Shown here: positions 8,485-16,225 of the stretch, piece after piece
How positions within the stretch are numbered: the first letter of the stretch is position 1
Layout: each line of letters begins with the position of its first letter
Origin: Cyanophyceae cyanobacterium
GTDB lineage: Bacteria; Cyanobacteriota; Cyanobacteriia; Cyanobacteriales; JBHJGN01
DNA length: 16,225 nt
NCBI GenBank assembly: GCA_050331735.1
Contig: JBHJGN010000090.1
Coordinates: forward strand, 1-16,225
Reading direction: 5' to 3'
Translations under genes and position numbers: made by a program
Notes under the pieces: generated by a model
What the model saw: only the letters and a program-made list of their open reading frames with translations
What the model was told of the DNA's origin: nothing
Database searches by the model: none

Positions 8485-8607
8485 TATGCCAATTAGAAAA
8501 AGCCACGAGAGACTTGATGCGTTGGAGAAATAGGGAAAAGGTAAGCACAGCAACGCTTTCTCTTTGAACATCCAACTCTTATCTGGCTACTTTCAGTCAA
8601 CGGTATT
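8485..8607. mobile_element. MITE-like dispersed element, copy 2 (diverged, about 120 bp)
   Basis: Colinear similarity to 1-138. Imperfect terminal inverted repeats TA-TGCCAATTAGAAAAAGCCA ... TGGCTACTTTCAGTCAACGGTA-TT. No transposase. Confidence 0.65.
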
Positions 8608-8625
8608 AGACCACACCGCATACTC

Positions 8626-8988
8626 ATGAACACAAACAATTCATCAAGAATTTGCAGACTCGGAATCGCTTTATTAGTCCCTGTCATTTTCGTTCCTAGA
8701 GAAGCGCTCGCCGAGGTCATTACCCTACCAAATGGGGGCCGGTGTAAAGGCAACGTCCGTTCTGGTACGCTCAACGGCCAGGGAACCTGTACCTATGGCA
8801 ATGGCGATCGCTGTACCGGAGAGTTTAGGGATGGTCAGCTCAATGGTAAAGCAGTTTGTGACTATGCGAGCGGAGATACCTTTGAGGGGCAATTTCTCAA
8901 TGGCCAAAAACACGGGACTGGAACCTACGTTTTTGCGGACGGAACCCGTGTAGCAGGAACGTGGCAAAATGACGAATATCAGGATTAA
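8626..8988 (+). CDS. Small secreted MORN-repeat protein
   Basis: Signal peptide ending ALA, then repeats of the type GxGxxxYxxGDxxxGxFxxG. Confidence 0.85.
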   Translation: MNTNNSSRICRLGIALLVPVIFVPREALAEVITLPNGGRCKGNVRSGTLNGQGTCTYGNGDRCTGEFRDGQLNGKAVCDYASGDTFEGQFLNGQKHGTGTYVFADGTRVAGTWQNDEYQD

Positions 8989-9126
8989 AAGCTGTGAGGG
9001 GCCAGCAAGACGAAAACGCAGCCAACTTGATGATATCTATCAGTATTTGTGACAGCAGGCATCATGCAGCCTAACAATCATAGCAGTTTAGGAGACAGAG
9101 AGGGAGCGGAAATGCAAGTTTCGGCT

Positions 9127-9672
9127 TTAGAAGGCATTTAGTTCAGTTGGTAATCCATCAATACTCCGGAGGTTTTTCTGTTGTTGATATTTCTTGATAC
9201 CCAACTCGCCTTTTTTTTCTGCCCAATCTACTAAAGTTTGTCTCTCTTCTTTAAATTCATAAAGTGGTACGCCGAAACCACAAGAAGTTTGTACTGATTC
9301 GACATGCAGTAAAATGATTTGTCTTTCTCCTGGAATGCTCGAAAATAGAGAATGCAGTTGATGCCAACGAGTTGAGTCTTTGCTGATGACTTCCCCTTGT
9401 CCGTAAAGCCTTAAAATCAAAGGCTCTTCATCGAAACTACAAAACATAATGGTCATTCTGCCATTTTCGTGTAAATGGGCAGCCGTTTCGTTGCCACTCC
9501 CCGTGAGATCGAGATAAGCAACAGTATTGACATCAATACAGCAAAAAGTATCAATTCCTTTAGGAGACAAGTTGATTCTGCCCAATACGGGAGCAGTGGC
9601 GGTAAAAAAGACTTTTTGCTTTTGGATAAAAGTTTGCAGCTTGGGAGGAAGTTGAGGATAAAACTTGGCCAT
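9127..9672 (-). CDS. Pyridoxamine 5'-phosphate oxidase-like FMN-binding protein
   Basis: Motifs FFTATAP, INLSPKG, YLDLTGSGNETAAHLHENGRMTIMFCSF and VQTSCGFGVP. Confidence 0.88.
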   Translation of the reverse strand: MAKFYPQLPPKLQTFIQKQKVFFTATAPVLGRINLSPKGIDTFCCIDVNTVAYLDLTGSGNETAAHLHENGRMTIMFCSFDEEPLILRLYGQGEVISKDSTRWHQLHSLFSSIPGERQIILLHVESVQTSCGFGVPLYEFKEERQTLVDWAEKKGELGIKKYQQQKNLRSIDGLPTELNAF

Positions 9673-9912
9673 CGTTTAAGAAGATTTATCGTTGTTTTAG
9701 CAATCTCGGTGCTGTAGATGCCTCGAATAATTTTAACCTTAAAGCCCTTTGCTAATTTTGTGACTCCTCATTAAGAATGGGGAGAGGTCAGGCAAACTCA
9801 AGTTCAAGGGATTGCATGACAACAAATCCTTCTCGTATCCTCAGTTTATATTCAAAAGGCGGTTGACGGACCAGTTTGAGGAGAGCGATCGCCCCACCGG
9901 AAATCTACCGGG

Positions 9913-9941
9913 TTGACTTTTTTTTTGACAAGTCTTATAAC
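9913..9941 (+). promoter_or_regulatory. Sigma70-type promoter of tetR
   Basis: TTGACT (9913-9918), 17 bp, TATAAC (9936-9941). A second TTGACA lies at 9925-9930. Confidence 0.5.
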
Positions 9942-9969
9942 ACTGTTATGGAAAATAACAGTGTTATAA
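9935..9969. promoter_or_regulatory. Putative TetR operator: perfect 15-bp inverted repeat whose arms each contain the palindrome ATAACA(C/G)TGTTAT
   Basis: TTATAACACTGTTAT-GGAAA-ATAACAGTGTTATAA, overlapping the -10 box and the ATG. Confidence 0.75.
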
Positions 9970-10604
9970 ACAGCAACGGTACGACTAATTATCGAGTGAC
10001 CCAAGACCAGCACCAGCAAGCGTTACGCCGGGGAATTCTCGATGATGCCAGCAGTCTACTTATTCGTGAAGGACCGACGGCTTTGAGCATGAGGCGCATT
10101 GCTCAACTGGTCGGTTGCTCAACGACGGTGCTGTACACCATGTTTGGCAGCAAACAGGGATTAATTGAGGAACTCTATTTAAGAGGCTTTGAGATGATCC
10201 ATCAGGCCCTTGAAGCTGTGCCTCATGAGGGAAGCTCGCGCGAGTATATCTATGCCCTTTGCCAAGCTTACTACCAGTTCGCCTTGGTTCACTCTACCTA
10301 CTACGCCATTATGTTCTCTAACGTGATTCCAGAATATACGCCTTCACAAGAGAGCCGCCAACTAGGTCAGGAAAGCCTGCAACTTCTCGTCCAGGCGGTA
10401 CAGAAATGTATGGATTCTGAGCGGGCGACGGTCGATGAAGCGTGGGAAATTGCTCGCATCATCTGGGCAACCTTACACGGTCATGTCAGTTTAAAGCTCG
10501 CTCAATACTTCGATCATCCAGGCACCTTTCCTCAGCAAAGACTAGAGCGAACACTACAAGCCATCATCAATCAACTCTTGCCAGTTACAGATGAGGTGTC
10601 ATGA
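9948..10604 (+). CDS. TetR/AcrR family transcriptional regulator (WHG-like C-terminal domain)
   Basis: HTH: ILDDASSLLIREGPTALSMRRIAQLVGCSTTVLYTMFGSKQGL. C-terminal IWATLHG motif. ATG at 9948 preferred; GTG at 9997 is an alternative. Confidence 0.92.
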   Translation: MENNSVINSNGTTNYRVTQDQHQQALRRGILDDASSLLIREGPTALSMRRIAQLVGCSTTVLYTMFGSKQGLIEELYLRGFEMIHQALEAVPHEGSSREYIYALCQAYYQFALVHSTYYAIMFSNVIPEYTPSQESRQLGQESLQLLVQAVQKCMDSERATVDEAWEIARIIWATLHGHVSLKLAQYFDHPGTFPQQRLERTLQAIINQLLPVTDEVS

Positions 10605-10951
10605 ATCTACTTCGCCAGCTACCTTGGTTACTGGTGGCGCTCTCTACTTGTTGTAGTTGCCTCGGGACGCTTCTGGTGAAACAGTCGCGCTTAGTTAATC
10701 ATGCTAGCGTTTGGGAGGCGATCGCCTCTCCGTGGTTTGTTGCCGCCCTCCTCGTTTACAGCACAGGCTTGCTGATGTTTACCCAAGCGATCGCTCGTCT
10801 GCCCGTCTCTGCTGTCGTTCCATTTTCGACTGGACTTGGATTCATCTTGACTACGCTGCTTTCGCACTGGTTATTGGGTGAAAGGTTGACAATGAATCAG
10901 CTAGCAGCCTGTAGTCTGATTTTGGCAGGAATTATCGTGATGACTCGTTAA
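10601..10951 (+). CDS. Small 4-TM SMR/DMT (EamA-half) transporter
   Basis: 116 aa with four hydrophobic helices and LPVSAVVP / LLGERLT motifs. ATGA overlap with the tetR stop. Confidence 0.82.
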   Translation: MNLLRQLPWLLVALSTCCSCLGTLLVKQSRLVNHASVWEAIASPWFVAALLVYSTGLLMFTQAIARLPVSAVVPFSTGLGFILTTLLSHWLLGERLTMNQLAACSLILAGIIVMTR

Positions 10952-10980
10952 TCAACCATTTAAGTTCGGGAGATGCAGCC

Positions 10981-12234
10981 ATGACGCACTTTGGCATTCT
11001 CTGCATGGCAGGGACAGGTCACATCAACACGATGTTTCCACTGGGACAGGAATTGCAGCGACGCGGGCATCGCGTTACAGTTCTAAGTGCTTCAGAAGTA
11101 CCAATGAAGGCAGAAGCAGGATTTAATTTTTGTAGCGTATACTCTGAAACGATTGGCAGAAGAAAACAACCGTCAAAGACAAATAAAAGCAGCAACCTAG
11201 CTAGTCTTCAACAAACCTTGCAAAGATTTGCCCTAATTGCCGAAACCCGACTGCAAACAGCGCCGGCAATCATTCGTAAACAGGGCATTGAGGCACTGCT
11301 TATTGATGTGTCAGTTTTTGAAGGTGGAACGATCGCCGAATACCTCAAGCTCCCCTACGTCACGGTATGCTGCATACTTCCCTTTTACCAAGACTTAGCC
11401 ATTCCTCCAATCTTCACAACCTGGCAATATCATCCTGGATGGTGGGCAAAACTCCGCAACCAAGTTGCCTACAGCCTCTTAAATCGCTTAGCAAAACCAA
11501 CCTGGAAAGTAATTTCTCGCTATCGTCAGCGATGGCAGTTGCCTGCTTATAGGCACCCAAATGACGTTTTTTCCGACTTAGCGATTATTACTCGACACGT
11601 CAAAGAATTTGAGTTTCCTCGTCAACTGCCGCCGCACTTTCATTTTACGGGGCCTTTTCATCATTCCACTCAACGACAACCCGTGCCTTTTCCCGATGAG
11701 CAATTAAACGGTCAACCCCTGATCTATGCCTCTATGGGAACGGTGCAAAATCATTTTCGTGCTATTTTTTATACCATTGCAGCAGCCTGTGCCGATCTAG
11801 ATGTTCAGTTGATTATTTCCTTGGGAGGCAGACTGGACCCAGAAGCACTGCCGGACTTGCCCAGTAATCCTCTGGTTGTCAAATACGCCCCTCAACTCGC
11901 ACTCCTCCAAAAAGCCAGCCTCGCTATCACCCACGCTGGACTCAATACGGCCTTGGAGTCATTGAGCTACGGAGTGCCGATGGTGGCTATTCCCATCACC
12001 GACGATCAGCCCGGAGTAGCGGCCCGGATTGCCTGGACAGGAACCGGAGAAGTCGTAACGCCTTCTCGTCTTGACGTTACCACGTTACGAGCGGCGATCG
12101 CGCAGGGATTAACCGGATCTCACAAGCAGAACGTCATTCGATTACAGAAGGTCATTCACCAAACTCGGGGAGTTGTCCATGCCTGCGATATTGCGGAACA
12201 AGCTGTACTCACCAGAAAACCTGTGATGAATTAA
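10981..12234 (+). CDS. GT1 (MGT/UDP-glycosyltransferase family) glycosyltransferase
   Basis: N-terminal GHINTM...LQRRGHRVT, IYASMGT, and the PSPG-like box YAPQLALLQKASLAITHAGLNTALESLSYGVPMVAIPITDDQP. GGGAG RBS. Confidence 0.92.
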   Translation: MTHFGILCMAGTGHINTMFPLGQELQRRGHRVTVLSASEVPMKAEAGFNFCSVYSETIGRRKQPSKTNKSSNLASLQQTLQRFALIAETRLQTAPAIIRKQGIEALLIDVSVFEGGTIAEYLKLPYVTVCCILPFYQDLAIPPIFTTWQYHPGWWAKLRNQVAYSLLNRLAKPTWKVISRYRQRWQLPAYRHPNDVFSDLAIITRHVKEFEFPRQLPPHFHFTGPFHHSTQRQPVPFPDEQLNGQPLIYASMGTVQNHFRAIFYTIAAACADLDVQLIISLGGRLDPEALPDLPSNPLVVKYAPQLALLQKASLAITHAGLNTALESLSYGVPMVAIPITDDQPGVAARIAWTGTGEVVTPSRLDVTTLRAAIAQGLTGSHKQNVIRLQKVIHQTRGVVHACDIAEQAVLTRKPVMN

Positions 12235-12458
12235 GATGCGCCCACCGATAAAAAGCGCTAGATTTTGCCAATCTCCTCATTCAGCCACAGAGACGAAAAG
12301 TTTAGGTAACAATAGACTACGTAACCTACCAAAGGCTATTAACATTGTCATTGTTCCGTCATATTTATTTGTCAAACTAGCCAGTAGCCCGCTGACCACG
12401 ACGACCAATTTGGCTAGCATCCCCAAAAATAATCCTAATGAGCTGATAGATAACAGTT

Positions 12459-13682
12459 ATGACTATCATCCAACGCCGTACAAAAGCAGCAATCGGAGCA
12501 AGCGTGCTGTTAACTCTTCTAGGCTGTTCCTTCCCAGATCCTCCCGTCTCTGGTACGAACGACACCTCATCTGCTCCCCTTGTGGCCCAGAGCGAGGAAA
12601 CGGGTGCTGAATATAGGATAACAACGGTATTGGAAGGGTTGGAACATCCTTGGAGTATTGCCTGGCTCCCAGATGGAGCAATGCTGATTACTGAACGACC
12701 AGGAAGGCTCAGACTTGTTCAGAATGGAGAGCTCAACCCCCAACCCATTGCTGGCGTCCCCGAAGTCTTTGCGGCTAATCAGGGAGGCTTTATGGATGTG
12801 TCTCTTCATCCCAATTTTTCCGAAAATCGCCTCGTTTACTTTACCTATGCTCACGGAACGAGTCAGACAAACCAGACGAGAGTTGCTAGGGCCACCTTTG
12901 ATGGCACAACGCTTCAAAACTGGGAAGAGATTTTCGAGGTCAACCGCACCAAACCCGACGGCCAACATTTTGGTTCGCGCATTGTCTGGTTGCCCGATAA
13001 CACGATGCTAGTTTCCATTGGTGACGGGGGCAATCCACCAATTCAACTAGATGGAGATTTGATTCGCCAGCAGGCTCAGAACCTCAATTCTCATCTCGGC
13101 AAAGTTGTGCGCTTAAATGATGATGGTTCAATTCCTCCAGATAATCCCTTTATCGGTGATGCGGATGCTAACCCCGCCATCTGGAGTTATGGACATCGTA
13201 ATATTCAGGGTATTGCTCTCGATCCAGTCAACGAGCGACTGTGGTCCACAGAACATGGTTCTCGAGGAGGGGACGAACTCAATTTAATTGAAGCCGGTCA
13301 AAATTATGGTTGGCCAGAAGTGACCCACAGCCGCGAATATAGTGGCGGGGAAATTTCTCAGTTCCGCTCGCTGCCGGGAATGGTAGACCCTAAAACAGTA
13401 TGGACACCGGCGATCGCTCCTTCAGGACTTGCCTATTATACAGGCGATCGCTTACCGGGGTGGCAAGGGGATCTCTTTGCTGGAGGATTGGTTTCTCAAG
13501 ATGTTCGTCGCATTGACCTAGATACAGAGGGCAATGTCCTCAGCGAAGAATCAATTTCGATCGGTCAGCGAGTCCGAGATGTGCGCCAAGGCCCCGACGG
13601 TTTGCTCTACGTCTTGACAGACGAGCCAAATGGGCAACTAATTCGGATTGACCCCCCCGAAGGTCAAGAGACCCTGCCGTAA
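12459..13682 (+). CDS. PQQ-dependent glucose/sorbosone (YliI/Asd-like) sugar dehydrogenase, lipoprotein
   Basis: Lipobox LLGC. Motifs LEHPWSIAWLPDG, HFGSRI, YGHRNIQG, EHGSRGGDELN, NYGWP and RVRDVRQGPDG. Confidence 0.92.
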   Translation: MTIIQRRTKAAIGASVLLTLLGCSFPDPPVSGTNDTSSAPLVAQSEETGAEYRITTVLEGLEHPWSIAWLPDGAMLITERPGRLRLVQNGELNPQPIAGVPEVFAANQGGFMDVSLHPNFSENRLVYFTYAHGTSQTNQTRVARATFDGTTLQNWEEIFEVNRTKPDGQHFGSRIVWLPDNTMLVSIGDGGNPPIQLDGDLIRQQAQNLNSHLGKVVRLNDDGSIPPDNPFIGDADANPAIWSYGHRNIQGIALDPVNERLWSTEHGSRGGDELNLIEAGQNYGWPEVTHSREYSGGEISQFRSLPGMVDPKTVWTPAIAPSGLAYYTGDRLPGWQGDLFAGGLVSQDVRRIDLDTEGNVLSEESISIGQRVRDVRQGPDGLLYVLTDEPNGQLIRIDPPEGQETLP

Positions 13683-13745
13683 AACGACAGGGCTTCCTCT
13701 GACTTCGTGAGCTTTGATTGAACAACTTTTACGAGGGCTTTAACC

Positions 13746-15215
13746 GTGCTGTGTATTGACGAATTGCTTGCCCTAGAACCCTTTCAGCATCTTCCTCAAG
13801 ATAAACTGGAATGGGTATGCGATCGCGCTCAGGAACTCCAGCTTCCTCGGGGAACAATCCTAATGGAGGAAGGAGGAAACCCAAACGGGTTGTTTATCCT
13901 CTTGCAAGGGCGCGTCAGCATCACCCGTCTCAGCGAAGGAGTGGAGATGCCCATCGGACAACATCAGGCTCCGGCATTTTTTGGCGAAATTCCGGTGCTA
14001 ACGGATGATCCAGTGTTGGTATCAATGCGAACGCTGAGCGACTGTTCTCTTTACCAGATTAGCTGCTCTGACTTTCTGACGCTGCTGCACGAATGCCGGG
14101 GCTTTGAGCGCAGTATTTTTCAGGAGGTGGCTCGGCGCCTGCGCGGCTTGGAATCCTTTATCCGCAGTCGGGAAAAAATGGCGGCTCTAGGCACCCTCAG
14201 CGCTGGTCTCGCCCACGAACTCAACAATCCTGCTGCTGCCCTGGTGCGAGCCTTGCGAGACGTGGTGCCGGCTATCCGCGAGCTAGAGTACATGAATCTG
14301 CTCTACGGACAGGAGAATGTCTCCCCGGACCATACTCAGGAGTGGATAACAGCGCGCGATCGCGGCTATGAAACTATTCTCCAACAAACAGTAGACGCGC
14401 TCACTCTCAGCGATCGTGAAGACGAACTGCTGGCCTGGTTAGAAGACTATGGCGTTAAGGATGCTTGGAAACTAACAGAATCTCTCGCTGCTGCTGGCAT
14501 GGAGATTGCAACTCTAGAGCGGCTTACCGAGCGTTGGCGCAATCACCCTGGGGAATTGCGAGATCAGGGACTTCGCTGGCTAGCGCTTTCTTTTGAGGTC
14601 ATGATGATGATTGAAAGTGGGCGCCGGGGAGCTGAGCGAATTTCTGAGCTAGTTTGCTCGATGAAATCCTATTCTCACCTAGATCGAGGTCCACAGCAGA
14701 TTGTAGACGTTCACGATGGTCTAGAAGACACGCTCAAACTCTTCACCTACAAACTCAAGCGGGGTGTGACGGTCCGCCGCCAGTACGATCGAACGTTGCC
14801 CAAAATTTGTGCCTACGGCAGCGAACTCAATCAGGTGTGGACGAATTTGATCGATAATGCCACCGATGCCATCAAGGAGCAAGGAACGCTTGAAATCATC
14901 ACTTGTCGAGATGGCAACTACGTTCGCGTTGAAGTAATCGACTCTGGAGACGGCATTCCTCCTGAGATGCAGTTCCGCATTTTTGAACCGTTTTTTACCA
15001 CCAAAGACATCAACAAAGGGTCAGGACTGGGGCTGGACATTGTTAGCCGCATCGTTTACAACCGACATCAAGGAACTGTATCAGTGAACTCGCGCCCTGG
15101 ACGGACCTGCTTCACGGTTCGTTTACCAATTCCAGAAACTGAGCTGGCTTGCCCAACTCGCTCAGTAACCGAGCGAGTGTCGGAGAGAACCGAGCGCGGA
15201 GTAGGGGTTAGGTAG
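13746..15215 (+). CDS. Cytoplasmic sensor histidine kinase with an N-terminal cyclic-nucleotide-binding-like domain
   Basis: cNMP-fold (FFGE), H-box LAHELNNP, N-box LNQVWTNLIDNA, G1 DSGDGIP, F-box FEPFFTTK, G2 GSGLGL. No TM helix. GTG start. Confidence 0.92.
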   Translation: MLCIDELLALEPFQHLPQDKLEWVCDRAQELQLPRGTILMEEGGNPNGLFILLQGRVSITRLSEGVEMPIGQHQAPAFFGEIPVLTDDPVLVSMRTLSDCSLYQISCSDFLTLLHECRGFERSIFQEVARRLRGLESFIRSREKMAALGTLSAGLAHELNNPAAALVRALRDVVPAIRELEYMNLLYGQENVSPDHTQEWITARDRGYETILQQTVDALTLSDREDELLAWLEDYGVKDAWKLTESLAAAGMEIATLERLTERWRNHPGELRDQGLRWLALSFEVMMMIESGRRGAERISELVCSMKSYSHLDRGPQQIVDVHDGLEDTLKLFTYKLKRGVTVRRQYDRTLPKICAYGSELNQVWTNLIDNATDAIKEQGTLEIITCRDGNYVRVEVIDSGDGIPPEMQFRIFEPFFTTKDINKGSGLGLDIVSRIVYNRHQGTVSVNSRPGRTCFTVRLPIPETELACPTRSVTERVSERTERGVGVR

Positions 15216-15384
15216 AGACCTTGTTGAATTAAATGGATTTTCTGCCGAGCAACTCGCTGTAAGTCTCGCTAAAACGAAACTCAAAATTTTACTCCTGCTC
15301 ATCATCCAGGCTCCTTAAGACTACCTTCCATTGGTCTTGCTTTGTAGAATTCAAGGAGAAAATACAGATTGTTTTCCTAAAAAC

Positions 15385-15413
15385 TTGACAGACAGACTTG
15401 TCTGTTTTAGTAT
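15385..15413 (+). promoter_or_regulatory. Sigma70-type promoter with an embedded palindromic operator (copy 1)
   Basis: TTGACA (15385-15390), 17 bp, TAGTAT (15408-15413). ACAGACA-GACT-TGTCTGT palindrome at 15388-15405. Confidence 0.7.
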
Positions 15414-15419
15414 AAAAAC

Positions 15420-15530
15420 ATGAACGCAATCACTAAACAAGACAGTCTCAAAGAACGCATCTTTAGCGCTGTCAATCAGTTTGTTAGCAATCTGGTCGAA
15501 AGATATCTCCGCAGAAAGCGTGCTGCTTAA
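15420..15530 (+). pseudogene. 36-codon ORF, probable TetR relic lacking the HTH
   Basis: MNAITKQDSLKERIFSAVNQFVSNLVERYLRRKRAA resembles TetR helix 1 (xRERILxxA) joined to the post-HTH segment (xLVxxYLxxR). Preceded by a promoter and a TetR-type operator. Confidence 0.4.
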
Positions 15531-15636
15531 AGCAAGGTAGTCTTCCTGGAAGCGGCGTTAACGAGAAGTTCGAGTTATCAAATAGTTGGTTAACAGAAAT
15601 GGTTAAGCAAACAATAAATCAACTTTTTTGAGCTTT

Positions 15637-15652
15637 AGACAGACTTGTCTGT
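15637..15652. promoter_or_regulatory. Operator copy 2 upstream of the small secreted protein gene
   Basis: AGACAGACTTGTCTGT, identical to 15390-15405. Confidence 0.7.
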
Positions 15653-15694
15653 ATTGCGGTCAACCTCTCTCACCCGTATTAGGGAGTCAAAACA

Positions 15695-16030
15695 ATGAAA
15701 CAAATCCAAACTACAGCTCTCACCTTAGTCTTAACAGCCCTCGCTGCCGTTCCGGCTGTTCAAGCTCAAGAAACTCGACCAAGTTCACGAGTGGCTGCCA
15801 GAAATGCTGACAACATTGCACCACAGACTACCCCATTCGGCTTAGTCACTCTGGCCAGACGGGGACAATTTGAAGATTTTCCAACTCAGAGTCACCTGCG
15901 CCTAGCTGATGCGACCGATCTAGTCGAGGCGGGAATTGCGCAGGGAAGAGTGTCTCCGGAAGCTTTAAACGATTCTGCCTACCTCAACGCAGTTGACCTG
16001 CACCTAGGCACCCTTTCTAAAGGTCGCTAG
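15695..16030 (+). CDS. Small secreted hypothetical protein of cyanobacterial type
   Basis: GGGAG RBS and a signal peptide ending VQA. TPFGLVxLA...DLVEAGIAQGR...LNDSAYLNAV resembles, from memory, a conserved cyanobacterial hypothetical family. Confidence 0.75.
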   Translation: MKQIQTTALTLVLTALAAVPAVQAQETRPSSRVAARNADNIAPQTTPFGLVTLARRGQFEDFPTQSHLRLADATDLVEAGIAQGRVSPEALNDSAYLNAVDLHLGTLSKGR

Positions 16031-16225
16031 TCTGATTTCTACTCGTCATTAGCTACTTAACCAATTTCCCGCTGAATACCTCTGCCACCAAGGAACCCAG
16101 AAGGGTGCTGCGACCATAAACTTGTTTTGGTCGTAGGGGAATTCTGGGGCAGCAGTGAGAGCTAAGCACTATCTTGATTCTTGATATACTCCTTAACTTT
16201 CTCTAAAGTAGCACCGCCGCAGGAA

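Larger units (their letters stand above)
440..14363. repeat. HIP1 octamers GCGATCGC (dispersed)
   Basis: Seen at 440, 1419, 4099, 4136, 5849, 7917, 8804, 9885, 10718, 10787, 12094, 13410, 13444, 13819 and 14356. Fewer than one is expected by chance. Confidence 0.9.

Noticed and set aside
9759..9789. Hairpin CTCCTCATT-AAG-AATGGGGAG in the flavoprotein leader as a riboswitch or terminator
   Set aside because: No recognisable aptamer consensus and no U-tract.
9876..9947. Upstream TTG start for tetR
   Set aside because: It runs through the promoter, the operator and a T9 tract, with no family similarity.
12306..12320. NtcA-like site GTA...TAC upstream of the PQQ dehydrogenase
   Set aside because: The spacer is 9 nt, not the 8 nt of GTA-N8-TAC.
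1..16225. CRISPR array, tRNA/rRNA, transposase or defence genes
   Set aside because: No regularly spaced repeats, structural RNA signatures or such protein motifs were seen.

Overview
Cyanobacterial DNA: at least 15 HIP1 GCGATCGC octamers, an AMIN-domain TonB-dependent receptor and cyanobacterial-type TonB/ExbBD. The left half (1-9.0 kb) is an iron/siderophore uptake island. On the minus strand lie exbB, exbD, a secreted histidine phosphatase, an RhtX/FptX-like MFS, a TonB-dependent receptor and a PepSY-TM gene. tonB and a small MORN-repeat gene are divergent, and Fur-like boxes sit in the promoters. The island appears to be decaying, with three different lesions: a frameshifting internal deletion in exbB, a +1 frameshift in a G8 run in the receptor, and a PepSY gene cut at a TA site by a small inverted-repeat (MITE-like) element that has a second diverged copy after tonB. 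The right half holds a PNPOx-like flavoprotein divergent from a tetR-SMR/DMT-GT1 glycosyltransferase operon with a nested double-palindrome operator. It also holds a PQQ sugar dehydrogenase lipoprotein, an orphan cNMP-domain histidine kinase, and a 36-codon TetR-like relic and small secreted protein that each have an identical 16-bp operator upstream.
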